From contig NW_021834173.1 of the NCBI RefSeq assembly GCF_006345805.1, forward strand, positions 1-64,000: a DNA stretch of 64,000 nucleotides, given 5' to 3'. The translations under genes and the position numbers were made by a program. The notes under the pieces are model-generated. The model did not search any database and was not told where the DNA came from. It saw only the letters and a program-made list of their open reading frames with translations. Below, piece by piece: positions 1 through 11,600 of this stretch; positions within the stretch are counted from its first letter, which is position 1, and every line of letters begins with the position of its first letter. The stretch comes from Octopus sinensis. Lineage: Eukaryota.

Positions 1-101
1 CAGCTTCATGTAGTGTTAATAGTTGTAGGATATATTTAAATAGTTGTACATATGTAAACATATGTATGTATGAATATATATATATATATACATACACACA
101 C

Positions 102-319
102 TAGGACAGGGTTGAAAAGTTTCTGGCTTTAAGGATATCATGAAAGACCTGGCTGGAGGTCTAACCTTTGGAGTTCTTTTACAGGGCTTAGAAAAACTGA
201 AGCACAGCTGCAATAAGTGTGTGAATCTGAGAGGGGAATATGTTGAATAAAATCATAATTAACCAATCCTCCAGTATTTTCTTTTACCCAAACCAGGAAC
301 TTTTCAGCCCCCCCTTGTA
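102..319 (+). mobile_element. Non-autonomous mariner (Tc1/mariner) derivative, family M1
   Basis: Inverted ends (..gggttgaaaagtttctgg / ccaggaacttttcagccccccc). The interior encodes a mariner transposase C-terminus, GLEKLKHSCNKCVNLRGEYVE*. A second copy lies at ~57259-57468. Confidence 0.8.
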
Positions 320-386
320 TGTATATATGTTTGCATACTCACATATATAAGTGTGTATGTGTGTGTTTATATATATATATATATAG

Positions 387-417
<31 letters not shown>

Positions 418-949
418 CTCTGTGTGTGTGTGTGTATATATATTTATATATATACACACACACACACAGAGTTCACTTTCTAATCATCCAACCATGTAGT
501 TGTTGGGTTAGTAAGTACCAGATGGAGATTCATTTTAACAGTGCTGGTTAATTCTGCTAAATTGTTCTTCCAGTTACATGGTAACAATCTCATCTAAGGC
601 CCTTTATTCTGCTGTGTCACATGACCCGTGATATCACATTTATGGAATAGATGATGTCAGAACTGGGCCATAGTCATTTGGTAATAAGCCACACAGAAAA
701 CCAAATTTTCAAATTCTATTTCTATTTTATTGACTGTCTGGTGTCTTCGCATCATATATATATGTGTGTGTTTAATCATGCCAAACCAGTTTCAATTAGA
801 AAATTTTAAATTAATTTAATTTAATTTCTCTAATTGAACTAACTGGATATGGAAATGACTGTAGGGATAAGTTTCATATTATATTGAATGGAATATCTTT
901 GAATAAACTGATGTCTATACAACAATTTCTCCATTTTCTTTTTTCTCAT

Positions 950-1239
950 TCATATGTGTATGTGTGTGTATATGTATGTATATATGTGTGTGTACATGTA
1001 TGTATATATATATATATATATGCGTGTATATATATATATGTGTGTGCATATGTATGTATAGATATATATATATATGTGTGCATATATGTGTATGTACACA
1101 TATGTGTATATATATATGTGTGTGTGTGTGTGTATGTGTGTGTATATAGGTATATGTGTGTGTATGCATATATATGTATATGTATATATGTGTGTATGTA
1201 TGTGTATATATATATGTGTGTGTGTGTGTATGTATATAT
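950..1239. repeat. Compound (TA)/(TG) microsatellite
   Basis: Alternating purine-pyrimidine tract; explains the Y/I/V/C/H/T ORFs. Confidence 0.95.
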
Positions 1240-1844
1240 TCTTTTACTTGTTTCAGTCATTTGACTGTGGCCATGCTGGAGCACTACCTTGTAATATGTA
1301 ACATGTTCGGGTGGTGGCTTAGTGCTTAGGGTGCCGCACTTAGAACATACAACAACAGACAATTCAATGCCTGCTCATCCAACTGTAACCACATGAGTCT
1401 GGGTTCAGTCCCAATTCATGGCACCTAGGGCAAATGACTTCTGCTTGTAGCCTCGGGTTTGTCCTGAGATTTTTATCAAAGTATTTTCTCCTTGTTTTTT
1501 CTGTGACCCTTTCTGTGGAAGAGCGTAGGCTCAAACGTAAAAGACTTTTCTATTTCCTGAGCGTTTTTATACTAATACATTGTTTTGTTTTGTACAACCA
1601 CCTGTCTTTCATTTTTGCTTTTTTTTCGCAAACTCTCCCTATTTAGTTTAGAATTTGAACAACGAGTATTGGAAAACATGTAATGATGAATACCAGAATA
1701 CGAAAGACTCTGAGTAAGTGAGTAACTGCGATGAGTATCAGGGTACATGCTGCTTGCATTGGAACATTCATATGTTGGAGTGAGTATCTCTTTTCACTTA
1801 AAAAATATCTTTCTACGCCTTTCATATTTGTATATTATCAACAT

Positions 1845-2020
1845 TTAATGTCTGTCTTCCATGCAAGTACTGCTTGGACAGTTTCACAGGATCCATTGAG
1901 CAGGAGGATAGTGCCGAGCACCATTGCCTGTTTTGGCATGGTCTCAGCAATTGGATTCCCTTCCTAATGCCAACCACATTACAGAGTGCACACAGTGCAT
2001 TTTTCATGGTGCCAGCACTA
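1845..2020 (-). mobile_element. Decayed family D retroposon tail
   Basis: tttaatgtctgtcttccatgc...cccttcctaatgccaacc matches the D copies at 9472-9803 and 58657-58842. Confidence 0.6.
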
Positions 2021-2520
2021 AGGTCGTTTCACAAGACAAAGAAAAGACCATTGACTGAGTGGGGTTGTGGCTGATAAGGAGGTTGCTTTATGTTAAGTGT
2101 TGAGAAGCTAAAGTAAGACAGAGAGACAGGAACAGGTGTTGCTGTAGAAGAGATACATGGCTACCCTATATCATATAATATTTATGTGTGTGTGTGTGTA
2201 TATATATAATAATATGTGTGTTTGTGTATATATATATATACATACATATAATATACAATATTAATACACATATATATATTACTAGATATAACTAAAAAAC
2301 ATATATTATACATAGATACATTATACCATATACATATATATACTACACATATATAAAATGCATATACATACATATATATATATACACATATATATATACA
2401 CATATTTATATACATACATATTTATACATATATATATACATGTACATACTACAAATACAACCTAAGCCAATGTGGAAGGAGGACATTAACGATGATTGAT
2501 ACATACATATTATATATATA

Positions 2521-3068
2521 ACGAGGGTGAGTCAAAAAGTAATGCCATTTGTTTAGGACAGGTTAATCACCAACACAGGAACATGTATCCATGCTCAAAA
2601 TGAAGCTGGTCCTCTGTGGATCACATCCCTATTCTCAACATAGTCACCGTTTCTTTCAATAGCTATGTTCCACCTTCGAATGAGAGCATGTATCTCTGCC
2701 CTGTAAAATTCTGTTGACTGGTTTTTGAGCCACTTCTTCACTACAGTTTTCACTTCCTTGTCGCTGGAAAAATGTTTGCCTCTCAAACCCTCTTTTCATG
2801 GGGCTGAGGAGATGATAGTCCAGTGACGAGGAAGTGAAAACTATATTGAAGAAGTGGCTCAAAGAACAGTCAACAAAATTTTACTGGGCAGGGATACATG
2901 CCTTCATTCGAAGGGGGAACATTGCTATTGAGAGAAACAGTGACTATGTTGAGAAGTAGGGATGTGATCCACAGAAGACCAGCTTCATTTTGATGCATGA
3001 TACATGTTCCTGTGTTGGTGATTATACCTGTCCTAAACAAAATGGCATTACTTTTTGACTCACCCTCG
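2521..3068. mobile_element. Palindromic (fold-back) mariner-derived element
   Basis: Ends acgagggtgagtcaaaaagtaatgcca / tggcattactttttgactcaccctcg(ta). The ~250-bp arms are reverse complements and each encodes the transposase C-terminus (+ arm: SSDEEVKTILKKWLKEQSTKFYWAGIHAFIRRGNIAIERNSDYVEK*). The spacer encodes DYHLLSPMK on the - strand. Confidence 0.92.
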
Positions 3069-3073
3069 TATAA

Positions 3074-3465
3074 TCTTTTATTGTTTCAGTCATTTGACTG
3101 CGCCATGCTGGAGCACCGCCTTTAATCAAGCAACTCGACCCTGGGACTTATTCTTTGTAAGCCAGTTCTTATTCTTCATCGGTCTCTTTTGCCGAACCGC
3201 TAAGTGACGGGACATAAACACACCAGCATCGGTTGTCAGCAATGCTAGGGGGACAAACACAGACACACAAACACCACCGCACACACATATATATATACAA
3301 TATACGACGGGCTTCTTTCAGTTCTGTCTACCAAATCCACTCACAAAGCTTTGGTCGGCCCCAGGCTATAGTAGAAGACACTTGCCCAAGGTGCAATGCA
3401 GTGGGACGGAACCGGAACCATGTGGTTGTAAGCAAGCTACTTACCACAGCAGCCACTCCTGCGCC
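3074..3465 (-). mobile_element. SINE family A (tRNA-headed, internal TA/TG microsatellite), full length
   Basis: Reverse complement reads ggcgcaggagtggctg..tggtaagtagcttgc...ggttccgg..gtcccactgc...ggcggtgctccagcatggc..cagtcaaatgactgaaacaa. Near-identical to other copies in the window. Confidence 0.9.
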
Positions 3466-3500
3466 TATATATATATATATATAATATATATATATATTAT

Positions 3501-3531
<31 letters not shown>

Positions 3532-4694
3532 TATATAATACAACACATACAAATATTTTTTTTAAAGTGAAATTGTACAAATGAATGATGCTTTTTTAGA
3601 AAATGGTTAACAATATTTTGAAGCAGCAAAGCAGAAGTTATTCAGTACGCTTCATCAGCTATTTTTTTTCTCTCACTTCTGGGATAGATACATCTCTGTA
3701 AACAAAAGTACTTCCAGTGCTTTTTGCTAACGTTTACCATTCAAGTACAAGGTTGTTCTTTTTGGCACAAAAACTGCTTTATTGTAAGTTTTATTGGCAC
3801 TGAATGTAAGAAAGTAAGAAATTGGAACATAAGAATCTAGCCAGTAATTGAACAAAAACTGCAAGATTAACAGAAGTTATATCATATATGAAGCACAAGA
3901 GAAAAACTTTCAAATCTTGTAATTGGAGGTTTGGAATTTTGGCACCATTTTCCTAATTCTTTCCATCTTAATATAAAACATATCTATTTTTCTTTTTTGT
4001 GTGTAGCAGTACATACGCATATCTAGTGTTGTATGCAAAGGCATAGATGCATGTTTGTAAGTGCTTGTGTGTGTGTGAGTACACACACACACATACATAT
4101 ATACATATGCACATACATACATATATAAATGTATATAGTGTATGTATATTTAGTAAATGGTATGCACTGGTTCTTAAAGAGGCTCAACTTCAGGAAACAT
4201 GTATAGGTTTTTATCATTACACTTAGAGATAGAATTCACAGAATTTCAGTTATTTGTGTTAATTCCTGAAGCTACTGTTTCTATTTTCAGAATAACCAGG
4301 TCTTTAACAGGCACCAATGATAAAAATGCGAATCAAATTACATAATTTACCAATTCTGAATCAATTCTCTACAAATGTTCTCATTTTTCACCGACTTGCC
4401 AATCAGACAGCTGACTTACCCATTATAACACAGTTTCTTGTTATTTAGAGCAAATCACAAAATCTTCTGAGAGAGAATTTGATACAAGAATTCATTAGAA
4501 ATGTTTTTACCAGTATTCCTTATTTTCAAGGTGGCACTGTTGTCCTTGATACCTCCCTTGTAATTAGGTAAATTTTTATAAATATATTCTCTTCTGTGTT
4601 TATTCTATGAATTCCTGCTCTGAAGAAGGAGCTTGTTACTAAGAAAGAAATAAGGTCTCCTTTAAAATTTAGAAGGCAAGTTCCATACTTGATT

Positions 4695-4909
4695 TTAACC
4701 ACTTTGGTTCCCATATTTCTGTTGGAATACACTACCTTTATTTCAGTTAATTTTGAAAATAACTAAGAATTTAGTTAACTAACATTGTAATTATTAAGCT
4801 AGTGTTATAGAACATTAATATGGAATTTTAATTTGGATCACTTTAAAAGAGGAACTTTGTATCATAGAACAAGGGATGGTCTCAGGTAGGTTGGCATCAG
4901 AAAAGTGAA
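4695..4909 (-). mobile_element. Decayed piggyBac-type MITE (family of 30180-30399)
   Basis: Starts at ttaacc. The interior (aagaatttagt..ttattaagctagtgtta..) is the reverse complement of the 30180-30399 interior. Confidence 0.5.
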
Positions 4910-5241
4910 GACAAATACGATGGTAAGACCTGGGAGATAAATCATATAAATAGGATATTTCTGCTGAAGAATTTAGTGAAATAACTTGCTCGTTATTATA
5001 CTCGTGTTTGGAACAAAATTAACATGAAATTTTTATGGGAAGTTGGATTGAAACAGTTTAAACAGAAAATGGTTTAAAACAAAAAAAAAAAACTCAAGAA
5101 AACTTGTAATCTTATCAAGTGTGTGCATGTGTGTGTGTGTGTGTATATAGCAATATGCATTAACACGTGTGAGTACAGCTCCAAAAGTTTGTATTCATAT
5201 ATTCACAAATATGGCTTAAGAATCCTTGCATGTTGTTTATG

Positions 5242-5362
5242 CAGTTGTGGCCAGAAGTTTGGAATATAGGCCTCAAAATTAGAATTTTTATATTAAATAA
5301 CCTAAGTTATATTTGGACAATTTCAATTTTTAAAAACCGTTCCAAAATTTTGGCTACAACTG
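5242..5362. mobile_element. Tc1-type MITE (~121 bp)
   Basis: TIRs cagttgtggccagaagtttggaa / ttccaaaattttggctacaactg, followed by TA; CAGT-type termini. Confidence 0.75.
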
Positions 5363-6046
5363 TATGTTTGCAAAATTCAACTTTCCAACATTGTTATCCG
5401 GTGTCTTAGTCCTATAGCAAAACACCACCCAAATTATAACGGAATACAAATGTGAAGATTTGGTCTAAATATAAAACTAGTAAATCTATTAATAACTGTT
5501 CATAAAATATCTTTGTTGTTAATTTCAGCAATTTTTATGGTCTTCTCAATAACTAACTTTTAAAAGTCGGGGAGCTTCATTGTCTGTCCAAGAAAAATAC
5601 ACAATATGAACCAAATTTATGTTTCGTTTGTGGTAACATTGTTACATCCTCAGCTATTGTGTGTGTGTCTGTTTGTGTGTGTACGCATATGTTCAAATAA
5701 TGTTATTTTAAAGAACTTTTAAATATAACACCTGAAGATTTACAAATAAATGATTTCATATTAAGAGTGAAGTCAAATTTATGATAAAGATCCAGTTGAC
5801 TGGGACTTCACTATGTGTGCACTTGCATGTGTCTGTGTGTGTGTCTGAAATAGGTAAGCACAATGTCATTGTGCTTATCTATTTCAGGTAATAATTCCAA
5901 TTAAGAACTAATTTAGACTCTTCAACCTATACCAGTACAAAAATCTGATATAAAGCAACGATGATACACACATATAAATATATATGCAAGTATGTGTATG
6001 TTTATGTATGTATATATATGTGTATTTGTATGTGTGTGTGTATATG

Positions 6047-6081
<35 letters not shown>

Positions 6082-6184
6082 TGTGTATGTCGGATATAGA
6101 TAAGTGTGTGTGAGTGTGTGTGTATGTTTGAATGTTTTTGATTTTCTTGAGTTAAACACTGAAGTGATCAATACAATCTCAAAG

Positions 6185-6224
<40 letters not shown>

Positions 6225-6363
6225 TATATATATATATATAGATAGGCAGAGAGACAGATAGACATATATACAACATACATATATATACACATGTATATAT
6301 ATATACATATGTATATAAACAGATAGATATACACATACACAAATATATACATATATATATATA

Positions 6364-6394
<31 letters not shown>

Positions 6395-8639
6395 TATATA
6401 GATAGATAGATAGATACACACATATATACGTACATATACATGCATATAGACACACACATACTATTTCTCAACTGTGACCAATACCTCATTGTTAATTTTT
6501 TCCCCTCCTTCCCACCATTTTACATGTTTGCTCACCACCTGACTGTGCAGCCAGTCGACTGCTGACTTCTTCATGCTGAACGCACACACACACACGCACA
6601 TGCACACACACGTGCACGCACGAACAAGGACGCGCGCGCACATTTTCACACTGCTGTTTAGCAATCCCTTGGGATTGAGGTTGATTGTCCATCAGATTTA
6701 ATTCCTGTGGACGCACATGTGACTACACAGGCCAATGTAGTATCTACAAGTCCAGTTGTAGACAAGACATTTGTTGTCTCACGGGAGAAAAAAACACATC
6801 TTCTTATAATCGCATATTTTTCATTGAGGTATTCAGTTCATGTTGTGTCGATGTATCGGACTCCATTGTAGACAATGCATTCTCATTTGCATTAATTATT
6901 CACCTTGAACCTCCTGAGAACCAAGCTAAGCAGCGCTTCCCATGTTTTGAGTTTTTTTTTCCCACATTTTGGTCAACGAAGTCTGAATACTACAGTCTCA
7001 TTGTTTCCATAATTACTAAATATGAAGTGGTTCCTGGTAAGTTAGAATTATGACTATATTCAGAAGACAGCTGCTTGAGTATACTCTGAGAGAACAGCTA
7101 AGTGTATGCAATAATGGAAACTATCAAATAAATATTCTGATGCAATCAACATTATTATTATTATTATTATTATTATTATCATTGTTATTAAATAATTCAA
7201 TGTATTTTGAAGTATTTGAAATAGAATCGGGAGATTGTTAAATATTTTAAGTAGTTTCAATATTCTAGAAAAAACCCACTTTCAAATATAATGCTGCTGA
7301 CATTAATTGAATTTAAAAGACTGGAGACTTGCTGAAGCTAAGAGTATATGTTCTGATTTTTCTATGGAGAAGAAAGAAGGAATGTTAGATTTTGATATAG
7401 AAATGGTGGTATGTTAAATTAAAACTCAGTGTTGCTATGGTAATAATACTTATGCTGAATACAGAACAAATTAATAAAATAGTTGGGTATTTAAATGGAA
7501 CCCAGAGACAGAAAACCAACTAACTTAAATGAAACACACTTCTAGAATCCACATGGAACAGTTATTTATTTAAATCCAGTTATTTAGTTAAAATCTGCTG
7601 ATAATATATATTTAAATGGAATCCACATACAGCCCCTCGGTTGTGGATTTAAATAGAATCTAGTTATAGAATGGTGATTTAGTTAAATAGAACCAGACAT
7701 AAAATGGTAATATATTTGAATACAACCACGACAGCCCTTAAGTAGATCCTTAGTGGTGTATCTAAAAAAAAACTCAAATATAGAATGGTTGAAAATTCAC
7801 ATGAAAGTAATTCTACAGGACTGGTATGGCTGGATTCAAATACTATTTTCCATGGAGATAGTATGGCCAGCAACATCCCAGTATTATCCTGGATTCAAAT
7901 GACCACAGTATACTGATGTTATTTACGGCTGAATGAATCAGCTGAAAAAGATTTGAACTTGGAGCATTGTATAAGGCAGTAAATCCAAGACTAGTATTTC
8001 AACCAAAGATTCTTTACAGTTGAATACACAAGAAAATATGGAACTTTTGAAAAGGACCATTGTGTAATTTCTAAAGTGCTTCCATCCTCTTATGCCACAA
8101 CTGAACTGTCTGAACTAGCAGCCCTGCACATTTTGAATATCTGGGTCAGATCCCAAACCTAGATTTTTTTTTTTATGGGGCTGCACCAAAAAAAAAAAAA
8201 AGTAAAGTATAAGTCATTAAAGAAAATTAAAGAAAAATTTACTATATTTATAGTAATTAGTCCTGGAGTTGAATTGTTTGACTAAAGGCAGTGCTCTAGC
8301 ATGGCCACAATCAAAGAACTGAAACAAGTAAAAAAATAAAAGAATATATATATATTCCATTGTATATTCTTAATATATTTACTTCTCAGGGAAACTAACC
8401 CCTAAAATAGTGATGAAATACAAAATAAATTCAGATATTGGGTGAATGAAATAGATAACTTAAGGACCAGACCAAGGCCTGAAAAAGCACAGCCATCTAC
8501 CACTTGTGAGTGAATACATCTTTGTAATATGCCCTATGAATATGCTAAATGCTTTTGATGTCTTGACTGGGCAGAGGCATCATCTGGGCACTCCCATCCT
8601 TGACTCAGTGGAACATTGAAGATATAACAGATAGAGAAG

Positions 8640-8790
8640 GCTGCACATGTATTCACCTGGTACCTATTCCAACTAGGAGCAAACTAAAACTGAAGTTCCT
8701 TGTTCAAGAGCACAATGTTCTGACCAATCCTAGAATCAAATCGAAGCACCTTATGATTGTGACTCAAACACACTAACCACTAGATCACAT
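8640..8790 (-). mobile_element. Decayed SINE family C-like head
   Basis: aactaggagcaa...ttccttgttcaagagcacaa...ctaaccactagatcacatg resembles the reverse complement of the family C head. Confidence 0.5.
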
Positions 8791-8884
8791 GATTTCGCAG
8801 ACTAAGGCCTACTGTCAATATATAATTAATGCAAGTCCTCATATGACTACAGTATAATGACTGCAGCCAGATAAAATAAAAAAT

Positions 8885-9470
8885 TCTTTCAAATTTTGGC
8901 ACAAGACCAATCAGCTACATTGACCGCAAAACTCAAACCAGTACCTGATTTTATTGACCATGAAAAGACAAAGGTCAAAGTTTTGACCTCAGCAGGTAGA
9001 GTTGGAAGGGATACTGCAAAGCATTTTGTCAAAGTCATTTATGATTCTACCTGTGCACACCTTGATAATTTATCTCTATAATAATGGCTCCAAATTTTGA
9101 TACACAGCCAGCGATTCTAGTAGTGGGGGATGGTGTCAATCAATTACATCAACCAAAGTGTTTAACTGGTACTTATTTTATCAACCCTGAAAGGATGATG
9201 GAAGACAAAGTCAACTTTGTAAGACTTTTAGGCCTTGTGCCTGTAATGGAAACAGTTATATTTCTAGTTCTTTACATCCTGAGTTCAAATTCTGCCAGAG
9301 TGGGTAATTCAATTACATCAACTCCAATGTTTAATTGGTGCTTATTTTATTGACCCTGAAAGGATGAAAGTCAAAGCTGATCTCAGTGGAATTTGAACTG
9401 AGAACATAGAGATTGGCAGCAATGCCGCTAAGCATTTTGCCTGGTGTGCTGATGATTCTGCTAGCTTGCC
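8885..9470 (-). mobile_element. Cluster of decayed SINE family B copies
   Basis: Repeated actggtacttattttatcaaccctgaaaggatga..aaagtc..ac core. Confidence 0.75.
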
Positions 9471-9471
9471 A

Positions 9472-9803
9472 CATCATCATCATCATTATCATCGTTTAGC
9501 GTCCGTTTTCCATGCTAGCATGGGTTGGACGGTTCTACTGGGGTCTGTGAAGCCAGAAGGCTTCATCAGGCCCAGTCAAATCTGGCAGTGTTCTATGGCT
9601 GGATGCCCTTCCTAACGCCAACCACTCCATGAGTGTAGTGGGTGCTCACGGAGTGGTTGGCGTTAGGAAGGGCATCCAGCTGTAGAAACACTGCCAGATT
9701 TGACTGGGCCTGATGAAGCCTTCTGGCTTCACAGACCCCAGTAGAACCGTCCAACCCATGCTAGCATGGAAAACGGACGCTAAACGATGATGATGATGAT
9801 GAT
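9472..9803. mobile_element. Inverted pair of 5'-truncated family D retroposon tails forming a near-perfect palindrome
   Basis: Arm 9472-9633 is the reverse complement of 9645-9803 with about 4 differences outside the tails. 11-nt loop tgtagtgggtg; (CAT)n and (GAT)n tails face outward. Confidence 0.92.
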
Positions 9804-10124
9804 AATAACAATTCTTTCTGCAAAAGGCACAAGGCCTGAAGTTTTGGAAGAAAGGTCTAGTCTATTACATTAGCGACCCTAAAAGATGAAAGGCAAAGTT
9901 GACCCTGGCTGAGTTTGAACTCAGAATGCAAAGGTGGACAAAATATTGATAAGCATTTTGTCTGGTATGCTAACAAGTATTATTATTATTATTATTATTA
10001 TGCCACCATTGATAACAATGAGAAGGAAATCACTGATAATGAACAACACAGAAAAAAAATTGATTTATATTTAGAAAGAAATTATATAGATTTATATAGA
10101 CAGATGTTATAGGTTCTTTGAGTC

Positions 10125-11065
10125 TGGAGTGTGTGTGTGTGTACATGAATGTGTATGTGTGTGAACGTGTGTGTGTGTGAACGTGTGTGTGTGTGCTTTC
10201 TGACATAAACTTAGCCAAACACTATCAGCCATAAAGTGAGGCAGCATAGCCAACACTGTATGTGTATATGTATGAGCATGTATGTGTGTGTGTGAGAGAA
10301 AGTGTATGTATGTGAGTGTGTGAGTGTGTGTGTGTGTGTGAGAGAGAGAGAGAAAGGGAGAGAGTGTTTGTTTTCAAGGTAATCACATAATCTATAGTTG
10401 ATCACATGTCTCTGGTTATATGAAACCTTTAGTTCTGAGTTTGAAATATTTGTCACAATACGCATACTTACACATATACATATATTCACATTACAATAGA
10501 AATTCACACACACACACACACATGCATGCATATTACCACAGTTAGCTACATAAGCGCACATACATTGCAACACATGCATACATATACAGTGCAACAGTCA
10601 GTCACATACATACATATATTACAAATACATATTCATATATGCATATATATATATATCGGTGATACGTTCACACAGACATATATTAGATCATACACCCGTA
10701 TGCATATGTACACAAACTAGATACACACACCCACACACTACATAGACATACACGGACAATACAAAGCATACGGATACACACACAGTATAATTAGATACTA
10801 ATAACATACTCTCACACATTGACAGACACATAAATAGATACATTACAAGACAAGCATTCACACACACACTATCTCTCTCTCTCATGCATACACATGCGTA
10901 TTAGAACACTTACATACACATATACACGACGATTCTACACGCTTACCACATATATGTATAAAGCATGAAGGCAAGCATAACAGTGTACATATGTACATGT
11001 GTGTGTAGTATATATATATATATATATATATGTGTGTAGTATAGATAAACATATACATGTGTATA

Positions 11066-11096
<31 letters not shown>

Positions 11097-11600
11097 TGCT
11101 GTGCATCACATTGTACTACACACCTATATAATATAAAGAACTGAAGTATGTATAAAGAACTCTGTGTGACATTTGCACAGAAAAATAAAGAAAAAACACA
11201 TATATATGTATAAGAAAACTACTACACAAGCATACACACACACACACACACACAATATATACACAATTCACAAGAAACGCGTTCAGTAAAATACACACAC
11301 ATAATACTTCATATACACATATATACTTCATATATTATATAATACTTCATATACACACATATACTTCATATACATACGCACATGCATTCATTGCAACAAC
11401 ACTTCACACACACACATGTACACTATATCACATATACACATCACGACACACAGAAATACAGTACATAACACACACACACACACACACACCACAACAACAA
11501 AATACACACACAATACCTATATGCACTATATACATCACAATCATCACACAAGACTAAACACATTCATCACAATACCACACACACACACACAATGCAGATA
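10125..11600. repeat. Low-complexity (TG)n then (CA)n/(TA)n field
   Basis: Dense dinucleotide tracts. Confidence 0.9.

Noticed and set aside
2595-2862. Functional mariner transposase
   Set aside because: Only the frameshifted C-terminal ~60 codons are present.
5870-5895. Recursive-splice-like tttcAG|GTaata (and cacAG|GTaagc at ~54805-54817)
   Set aside because: Such short motifs are expected by chance in 64 kb, and no host gene or strand is established.
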